From a virus: a DNA stretch of 64,000 bases. The DNA lies in IMG/VR virus record IMGVR_UViG_3300042359_000621; one strand, written 5' to 3'. Both the position numbers and the translations under genes were made by a program. The notes beneath the pieces were generated by a model, which worked only from the letters and a program-made list of their open reading frames with translations, was not told the DNA's origin and made no database searches. How positions within the stretch are numbered: position 1 is the first letter of the stretch; the number at the start of each line of letters is the position of its first letter. Positions 17,691 through 24,153 of the stretch are shown piece after piece.

Positions 17691-17739
17691 TTTAAAGCTG
17701 GTAATTGGAATTAAGCCCAACCCGAATCCAGTCACAAAA

Positions 17740-17766
17740 AGAGGGAGTCGAAACCCCCTCTTTTTT
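17740..17766. terminator. orphan intrinsic terminator-like hairpin
   Basis: agagggagtcgaaaccccctc followed by T6 on the + strand. No annotated + strand gene lies upstream of it. Confidence 0.5.
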
Positions 17767-17795
17767 GGTGATTACCTATTTTTAAAATTGCTAAC
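17767..17795 (+). repeat. degenerate sense copy of the CRISPR repeat 3' two-thirds
   Basis: ggtgattacctatttttaaaattgctaac compared with repeat 15 ggtgattacctgttttaaggattgaaac gives about 23 of 28 positions with one indel. Confidence 0.4.
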
Positions 17796-17932
17796 CATAT
17801 CTGGCTAGAGAATATTCCCTCTTCATCGCCTAATCGTTAATCCTTTCGGCTCCAAGGGCAGCTTTTGGCTTGCCGATCTAAACATCGGTGATTCCATTAT
17901 ATACAACTATAATTGGAAATGTCAACATATAC

Positions 17933-17948
17933 GTTTCAATTTCTTAAA
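17933..17948 (+). other. anti-repeat-like segment overlapping the RBS region of the Cas12-like gene
   Basis: gtttcaatttcttaaa is the reverse complement of the repeat tail tttaagaattgaaac (variant in repeats 10-12), except for one extra t. Confidence 0.35.
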
Positions 17949-17953
17949 TAGGT

Positions 17954-19627
17954 ATGTCTAATTTTAGCGATAATGTGCGAACAAAGGAGTTTAAGCTCAT
18001 TCTATCCTCGGAACAAGAGCGAACCCTAGAAGATTGGATGCTAGTCTGTAAGTGGGTTTGGAATCGTTCACTGGGATTGATAGAGGAATTTAACGAGTGG
18101 AACCCCTACGATAGAATATCAAAGTCTAACGTCCCCGCTACTCCCCTGCAACGATATGATCGCAAGCTCAAGCAATGGGTACGAATTGAGATCCCAGATT
18201 GGAAGATGGGGATTGAACGAGTTGAGAAGAAAAGGGGATTCATCCATCCCGTTGCTATTGATGAGAATAGTCCGGTTATTGACTCACTAGATTCTAAAAA
18301 ATCAGTGCTATACGGATTTCTAAAAATGTTTGGACATCAACACCACAAAGATCGGATCGTGACTTATTTAATTAGAGGTGAGGAACGAAAAGTCAATTTC
18401 ACCGACTGCCCTGCAAAATTTATCCAAGGGGTAGCGCATGAACTCTCGAAGGCTTGGGAGGGATTTCTGGCGGGTCGCCATAGTCGTCCCCGATTCAAAA
18501 CAGCCAAAGATAAGGTGATGACTTTGATCCACTATAACGCCAGGGATCTAGGGGTTAAGGATGGTAAAATTAATATTCCTAAGTTGGGTTATATTGAAGT
18601 AATTGGGCTTGATAAGCGGTGGTATGGTTGCGATTTTAACCCGATGAAAATTTGCAAAAAAGCGTCGGGGTGGTATATACAATTAACTGCGTCCGTCCCT
18701 GTCAAACAAGCCAAGAAGACAGGGTTATGTTGTGGAATTGACCCCGGACATCAGTTTGTTATGGCATTGGATAATGGTCACACTATTGAGGCTGCACAAC
18801 CATTGAAACGTGGGTTAAAACGTTTAAGAAAAATGCAGCAACAATTATCTCGCAAGTATCGAATGAACGGGGGGAAGACTAAGAACTGGGAGAAACTTAA
18901 CAATAAGATTGCTAAACTTCACGAAAAGATCGCCCGTCACCGTCGATCTTTTAACCATTGGCATTCGACTAATTTAATTAATTGGTTTGATGTGATTTTT
19001 GTAGAAGATTATAAACCCGCCAATGTTTACCGAAAAGCTAAAGCTAAGGCAAAACTAGATACAGAGGGGGCTCCAATGGTAGCTGCAAATGGTACGGCTA
19101 TCTATGAGAAGAACAATCAGAAACGCAAGCGGGGAAGTAATAGAACAGGAAATGATGTGGCTATCGGTCAGGCTATTGATCTATTAGAAACCAAGGGAAA
19201 GGAACACGGAAAGTTAGTAATTCGGGTCGATAATTGGGGGACTACTTTATGTTGTGCAAAGTGTGGACACCAAGAGAAGAAAAAACTATCACAACGAACT
19301 CACAAATGCTCTAATTGTGGCTATACTGTGGCTCGTGATGTTAACTCAGGACAGAATATTAAACTGAAAGGTTTGGCTCAAATGGCAATCAATCAAGGTG
19401 TGGAGTTATCCGATAATTTCTGGTATAAATTCTTGATTGATAAAAATTCGGCAACCCCTAGCGGTTCTAAGAAGGCGACCAAGAAAAAGCCTAAAAAGTC
19501 AGACACCGTAATCATTCCAGATGATTTGTTTAAAAATGGGGTTCACGAATTTTTGATCGGTGAAACTGCCAAAACTCGTGCTATAATAAATGAAATGAGC
19601 TTAGGTAATTTCGATAGAAACGCCTGA
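17954..19627 (+). CDS. compact TnpB-like type V CRISPR effector candidate (Cas12-like, 557 aa)
   Basis: TnpB-type layout with an N-terminus KEFKLILSSEQERTLEDWMLVCKWVWNRSL, then RPRFKTAKD and IPKLGYIEV. RuvC-I is GIDPG (D263, 18740-18742). RuvC-II is IFVEDY (E351, 19004-19006). Zn ribbon is CAKCG..CSNCG. RuvC-III is ARDVNSGQNI (D462, 19337-19339). Its stop lies 19 nt before the first CRISPR repeat. Confidence 0.8.
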   Translation: MSNFSDNVRTKEFKLILSSEQERTLEDWMLVCKWVWNRSLGLIEEFNEWNPYDRISKSNVPATPLQRYDRKLKQWVRIEIPDWKMGIERVEKKRGFIHPVAIDENSPVIDSLDSKKSVLYGFLKMFGHQHHKDRIVTYLIRGEERKVNFTDCPAKFIQGVAHELSKAWEGFLAGRHSRPRFKTAKDKVMTLIHYNARDLGVKDGKINIPKLGYIEVIGLDKRWYGCDFNPMKICKKASGWYIQLTASVPVKQAKKTGLCCGIDPGHQFVMALDNGHTIEAAQPLKRGLKRLRKMQQQLSRKYRMNGGKTKNWEKLNNKIAKLHEKIARHRRSFNHWHSTNLINWFDVIFVEDYKPANVYRKAKAKAKLDTEGAPMVAANGTAIYEKNNQKRKRGSNRTGNDVAIGQAIDLLETKGKEHGKLVIRVDNWGTTLCCAKCGHQEKKKLSQRTHKCSNCGYTVARDVNSGQNIKLKGLAQMAINQGVELSDNFWYKFLIDKNSATPSGSKKATKKKPKKSDTVIIPDDLFKNGVHEFLIGETAKTRAIINEMSLGNFDRNA

Positions 19628-19646
19628 AACACTTGCGGATTAAGCT

Positions 19647-20817
19647 CTCGCAATAGGTGATTATCTGGTTTAAGGATTGAAACCTCCCTCCTGGGGTGTG
19701 TAGGATTGGTATTAATCCGACTCGCAATAGGTGATTATCTGGTTTAAGGATTGAAACTTATTGAATCCTGTGCGATCGCCACACTTTCGGGCTTTGATCT
19801 CGCAATAGGTGATTATCTGGTTTAAGGATTGAAACAGAAGATAATTTGAGTCCCCCCTTTACTTTTGAATTGATCTCGCAATAGGTGATTATCTGGTTTA
19901 AGGATTGAAACACAACGGCTCCCATATTGAGTTTCAAATACTTTTCCCTCGCAATAGGTGATTATCTGGTTTAAGGATTGAAACGCGACTGTTCAACACC
20001 GGAATTAAATATAATTCCCGCTCGCAATAGGTGATTATCTGGTTTAAGGATTGAAACTTTCCCATAACTTATCCGGCGGTTGCTGTTTAGAGAACTCGCA
20101 ATAGGTGATTATCTGGTTTAAGGATTGAAACTCAAAACCCATACACAGAGGGAGTGCCGGGTAAGTCGCTCGCAATAGGTGATTGCCTGTTTTAAGGATT
20201 GAAACAACGGGTGGGAATCCATTTTTATTAATGATTTAATCAAGCTCGCAATAGGTGATTATCTGGTTTAAGGATTGAAACCAGAAAATCAGATTGATTG
20301 TATCATAATTGACCCGTTAGATTTCTCGCAATAGGTGATTGCCTGTTTTAAGAATTGAAACATCCATGTTGAATAGTTGGATTGCTTGACAACAATACTC
20401 GCAATAGGTGATTGCCTGTTTTAAGAATTGAAACTTTAACCCTTCTACAGCATCACTGGATGATATTAAGCCTCGCAATAGGTGATTGCCTGTTTTAAGA
20501 ATTGAAACTATATCAGCGATATGGCCGGGCTTTATGGGTATTGCTTGGAGCACTCGCAATAGGTGATTGCCTGTTTTAAGGATTGAAACATATCGAGATT
20601 AATTCATTTGAAAATACTCCCATTGCTGCTCGCAATAGGTGATTGCCTGTTTTAAGGATTGAAACGATTGAATTTGAGCTACCATGTCATTAAGTCCTTT
20701 AACTATTTCTCGCAATAGGTGATTACCTGTTTTAAGGATTGAAACGATTGGAGTCGGTTGGGAAGCCTTGCAAACGTTACCTCGCAATAGGTGATTGCCT
20801 GTTTTAAGGATTGAAAC
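19647..20817 (+). CRISPR. CRISPR array, 16 x 37-bp repeats and 15 spacers
   Basis: The repeat is CTCGCAATAGGTGATTATCTGGTTTAAGGATTGAAAC in repeats 1-7 and 9. The variant ..GATTGCCTGTTTTAAG(G/A)ATTGAAAC occurs in repeats 8 and 10-16. Spacer lengths are 37, 41, 39, 36, 36, 37, 37, 39, 43, 36, 37, 44, 39, 43 and 35 nt, and all spacers are unique. Confidence 0.95.
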
Positions 20818-20825
20818 AGGAGATA

Positions 20826-20852
20826 GGGGTATTTTTCAACCCCGTTGTTTTT
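20826..20852 (+). terminator. weak intrinsic terminator after the last repeat
   Basis: A 5-bp stem ggggt/acccc with an 8-nt loop is followed by gttgttttta. This supports + strand transcription of the array. Confidence 0.35.
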
Positions 20853-21273
20853 ACCGACCAAGGGACGCTCTAGCATCACTCAGTATCTTGTTCATCTGGG
20901 CTTCCGTAATATCAAAGTCGGGTGTGTTGGGTCTGATGCGCCCGTTGCTGAATGCTTTCCCTGCGTAGCTGCGAATTACGGGGATTGTAGCGGGTCGGGG
21001 TCGGGTTTGGGTTGTTACAGGTCGCAAGGTTTTGTATGCGTTCATCCACTTATTAGTCTTGACCGTTGCCCAATTCCCGTTAAGGACTACACCCTTCTCG
21101 GTACGGATGAAATGGACTGTTTGGCCGTTTTCCATTAATTCAGTCCAACCATAGCGGATTTCAATCGTCCCATCTGGGTGAACCATTTTGATTGTGTCGA
21201 TTGTGATTCCGTCAAACGTTGAGGTGTAGCTTGAGATGATTTCGGTTGTGATTGTGGCGATTTGAGCTACCAT
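20851..21273 (-). CDS. hypothetical protein (140 aa)
   Basis: Clean ORF. Its start region is echoed by CRISPR spacers 14 and 15. No motif recognised. Confidence 0.55.
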   Translation of the reverse strand: MVAQIATITTEIISSYTSTFDGITIDTIKMVHPDGTIEIRYGWTELMENGQTVHFIRTEKGVVLNGNWATVKTNKWMNAYKTLRPVTTQTRPRPATIPVIRSYAGKAFSNGRIRPNTPDFDITEAQMNKILSDARASLGR

Positions 21274-21343
21274 GATATTTAGATCCTTAGTTGGGTTGGG
21301 TGGAGTCGGTTGGGTGTCCCTGGTAAGTTGCTCGACCGACTTT

Positions 21344-21480
21344 GTTTTACTTCTATGTTTTACATCTTAACCGATTTGTTTTACTTTGTCTAGTGGTTTT
21401 ACTTTAGTATTACTTATAGGTTTATACTGTTTTACAGAATTACAATCAATTTTACTTATATGTCTTACTATTCGTTTTAC
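21344..21480. repeat. iteron-like cluster of GTTTTAC heptamers
   Basis: Exact GTTTTAC occurs at 21344, 21357, 21378, 21396, 21429 and 21474. Variants occur at 21407, 21449 and 21462. The cluster sits in a divergent intergenic region. Confidence 0.6.
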
Positions 21481-21522
21481 ATCGTGCTACACTTGAAGGT
21501 AAGACACAAAAGGAGTAAACCG

Positions 21523-21894
21523 ATGGCGGCTAACAAATTAATTAACTTTCGATGCCCTGATGACTTACTTGCTGCGATTGAAGTCTACGGCAGGGAACAC
21601 TACCCTAACGGTCGGGGTAATACTGATTTTGACCAAAGCAAAGCACTCAGAGATATTCTAATTTCTGGTCTGGAGAGTTTAACTAACGGGGAAGTGAAAC
21701 TTGAGAGGGAACCCGTAAAATACAAGTCAGACAATAGCTCCTATGTGGAGTTGTTGGATAGGATTGCCAAACTAGAGGCGCAGCAACCCACAGCTATTGA
21801 TCCAACTATTATGGCGCGGCTAGATGCGATGGAGGCTGCAATCGCATTTGAGAAGGTGATGGGGATTTTGAAACAAATTGAAACCCCTAGTTGA
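21523..21894 (+). CDS. possible ribbon-helix-helix DNA-binding protein
   Basis: ATG is preceded by AAAGGAG. The N-terminus LINFRCPDDLLAAIEVYGRE fits an RHH strand-helix. The track start at 21460 lies inside the iteron cluster, so it was rejected. Confidence 0.5.
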   Translation: MAANKLINFRCPDDLLAAIEVYGREHYPNGRGNTDFDQSKALRDILISGLESLTNGEVKLEREPVKYKSDNSSYVELLDRIAKLEAQQPTAIDPTIMARLDAMEAAIAFEKVMGILKQIETPS

Positions 21895-21927
21895 TTTTTA
21901 ATCGGAATCAAGCAATTATCACTAATT

Positions 21928-21960
21928 AAAAAGGGTAGAGATTGAACCTCTACCCTTTTT
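21928..21960. terminator. bidirectional intrinsic terminator
   Basis: aaaaagggtagag-attgaac-ctctacccttttt lies between convergent genes. Confidence 0.6.
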
Positions 21961-21991
21961 AATGTTTGGTTTTAACTAAGTATTCTGCTAA

Positions 21992-22819
21992 TTACTCACC
22001 GATAATCATTTGGCGATCGCCTTTTTGATTTGCCCATAATTCCCGAACCTCGTCAACCAACTCCGCAGGGATATAGTCGGTTTGGACTGGACGCATTGCT
22101 TTAGAAATCAGGTGATCTTTACCGCAGGATTCTAACCACTTCTGAAATTCCTTTCCAGTTTTAAACTTTAATTCTTTGCCAAATTGAGCCAATGACTTCC
22201 CACGAAATACAGCTAACTGTTTTCCGTCTTCATTCATGACAACCGATTCAAACTGGGTTTCAGTTTCTCTCACCACCGCTTCACGACGACCCTGGATGAG
22301 TGCCAAGGTTCCCGCCCCATGAAGTGAAACAATGGCAGAACCGGACTCCAAAACAAGTCGTTGATCTCTCATGCTGTTGGCTTGAGCTTCGGCAATTCTG
22401 ACTTGTAACCGGAGAAATTCTAGCTCATCATTTTGTTGGGGGATGACGGTTTCAGCTTCACGGGTTTTGATAACGAAGTAGGCTTGAGCTTGTGCAATTT
22501 CCGGTTTGCGGGGGTCGCCGTTCATCGCAACTAAATAACAGGCATATCGGGATAGCTTACAATCCTCTTGAGGGCGACCCGAAGTTTTTGCCACCTCCGG
22601 CAAAAAGTCTTTACTGACTGAGTTTCCGGCATTTTGTTGGGATAGAATAGCTCGGTCAATTGCATCAGCAAATCGTCGGTATTGCTTATATCCCAACAGT
22701 CCCATTAACTCCCGTGCCATCCAATACTCGCAGCCTTCACGGTCAACGCGCTTAATGGAGTCAAAAGGGGATTTGGATTGATTGTGGTCTTGATTGCCAG
22801 ACAATGCTAAACTAGACAT
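21992..22819 (-). CDS. DinD-like (DNA-damage-inducible protein D family) protein
   Basis: SPFDSIKRVDREGCEYWMARELMGLLGY..F.DAIDRA...LSRYACYLVAMNGDPRKPEIAQAQAYFVIKTRE matches my recollection of the DinD signature. Confidence 0.65.
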   Translation of the reverse strand: MSSLALSGNQDHNQSKSPFDSIKRVDREGCEYWMARELMGLLGYKQYRRFADAIDRAILSQQNAGNSVSKDFLPEVAKTSGRPQEDCKLSRYACYLVAMNGDPRKPEIAQAQAYFVIKTREAETVIPQQNDELEFLRLQVRIAEAQANSMRDQRLVLESGSAIVSLHGAGTLALIQGRREAVVRETETQFESVVMNEDGKQLAVFRGKSLAQFGKELKFKTGKEFQKWLESCGKDHLISKAMRPVQTDYIPAELVDEVRELWANQKGDRQMIIGE

Positions 22820-23011
22820 AGGAAACCCTCCTTTGGGTTGTTATAAGTAATTTTTGAGAAAAGCTGGAGACTTACTACTTCCTCCGGCTTTTCTCATTCC
22901 TATATTATACACCAAATTAACAGGAGCTTGAATAAAAAACGGGGTATTTAGCAAGTAAATAATATTAAAATTGTGCGGTGGTAAATTATATTAAATACCC
23001 TACAATAATCC

Positions 23012-23347
23012 CTAGATATCCCCATTATCTTCATCTTCTAAACTTTGGATATGGTCAAATACTACGCCCGTTTGATAGATTTGTTCATGGAGTGTGGCAA
23101 TGGCTTTAACCGTCTCTACTGCCATCCTTCCGTGAATATGCGTCCCTGATTTGGTTAACTTGCCACAGGCTTTCATTGGGTCATCGCTCTTGGATGCTTG
23201 ACTATAAGCCTTTGCACTAACAGCAATAGAAGATGATGCGATTACGTCTAACCCACGCAAATAAACCTCCATCCTTTTGATTCCATCCTCAAGATCCTTT
23301 TTATACTTCTCTCTATTTTCCTCAATCATTGATTTAATTGCCTCCAT
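23012..23347 (-). CDS. hypothetical protein; an in-frame upstream extension encodes an HTH
   Basis: The ATG-initiated ORF is 111 aa. The frame stays open to 23530 and encodes LSNREVASQIGVSEGIIRHWKK, with no ATG, GTG or TTG. Confidence 0.45.
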   Translation of the reverse strand: MEAIKSMIEENREKYKKDLEDGIKRMEVYLRGLDVIASSSIAVSAKAYSQASKSDDPMKACGKLTKSGTHIHGRMAVETVKAIATLHEQIYQTGVVFDHIQSLEDEDNGDI

Positions 23348-23530
23348 TTTTTCGTTAATAATCTCTCGTTTCCTTTCTTCCCAAATGGGTTGTTTTTTCC
23401 AGTGTCTTATTATCCCTTCTGAAACTCCAATCTGACTGGCAACCTCTCTGTTGGACAGGGATGGGTTGTCAAGAAATGCCTTAACAGCATCTTTGATCAG
23501 ATGTGCCTTACCTCCCTTTATTTCGCAACC

Positions 23531-24040
23531 TTACGCAATAACAACACTTTAAAGTTAACATAGTTGAAAACATTGCTACAACTTAAAATATGAGTAAACC
23601 TAAAATTACTGAGACTGATATCAGCAAATTGACTCCCGATCCGAATAACGCACGGAAAAGAACACCATTGTCGGCAAGCGTTATTAGGAAATCGTTAGAA
23701 CAGTTTGGGGCAGCTCGAAGTATTGTTGTCGATGAAAATGACGTGATTCGGGCGGGTAATGGAACCTTTGAGGAGGCGGGTCAATTAGGGATTGAGAAGG
23801 TTGTCACCATTGAGGTAGATGGTAATACTATTGTTGCAGTCAAAAGGAGAGGATTGACTGAGGAACAATGGAAAAAGTATGCGATCGCTGATAATACGGC
23901 TTCTGATTTTAGTACATGGGATTATGAAATATTGGAGGAGTTGGCTCAAGAGGTAGATTATTCTGAGTTTTTCCCTGATGATAAATTGAATGAATTGTTA
24001 GAGTCATTGGGTAAAGGTGAAAGTTTTGGCAATACTGAAC
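23531..24040 (+). repeat. direct repeat copy 1 (promoter/5'UTR + ParB-like N-domain coding)
   Basis: The 60-nt upstream region is near-identical to 27429-27490, and the coding similarity continues for about 450 bp. Confidence 0.7.
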
Positions 24041-24153
24041 CCAAGGAAGATGGAAACCCAGAATCACCAGAAGATTTTAAGGAATATGGAGAAGATATCG
24101 AAACCGAACACTGTTGCCCTAAATGTGGTTACAAATGGTCTGGAGGTAAATAA
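23590..24153 (+). CDS. ParB-like nuclease domain protein with a C-terminal zinc ribbon
   Basis: The N-terminal ~150 aa is paralogous to ORF 27488 (LTPDPNNARKRT...IV.DEN..I.AGNG..EEAGQLGI). The C-terminus has HCCPKCGYKWSG. Confidence 0.65.
   Translation: MSKPKITETDISKLTPDPNNARKRTPLSASVIRKSLEQFGAARSIVVDENDVIRAGNGTFEEAGQLGIEKVVTIEVDGNTIVAVKRRGLTEEQWKKYAIADNTASDFSTWDYEILEELAQEVDYSEFFPDDKLNELLESLGKGESFGNTEPKEDGNPESPEDFKEYGEDIETEHCCPKCGYKWSGGK

Noticed and set aside
17614-19646. IS200/IS605-type transposon ends and a tnpA partner for the TnpB-like gene.
   Set aside because: There is no Y1 or serine transposase gene nearby, and I could recognise no subterminal palindromes. The gene is therefore treated as a CRISPR-associated effector rather than an active IS. 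The ends cannot be excluded without alignment to known elements.
20317-20787. Track ORFs 20317..20559 and 20599..20787 (minus strand).
   Set aside because: They are translations of the CRISPR array. The peptide SILKTGNHLLRE recurs with the repeat period, so they are artefacts, not genes.
20845-21138. Track ORF 20845..21138 (+).
   Set aside because: It lies entirely antisense to the better-supported ORF 20851..21273. It is Cys/Gly-rich with odd composition and has no RBS.
21460-21522. The track start of the RHH-like ORF at 21460.
   Set aside because: The first 21 codons lie in the GTTTTAC iteron cluster. The ATG at 21523 has an AAAGGAG box in front of it.
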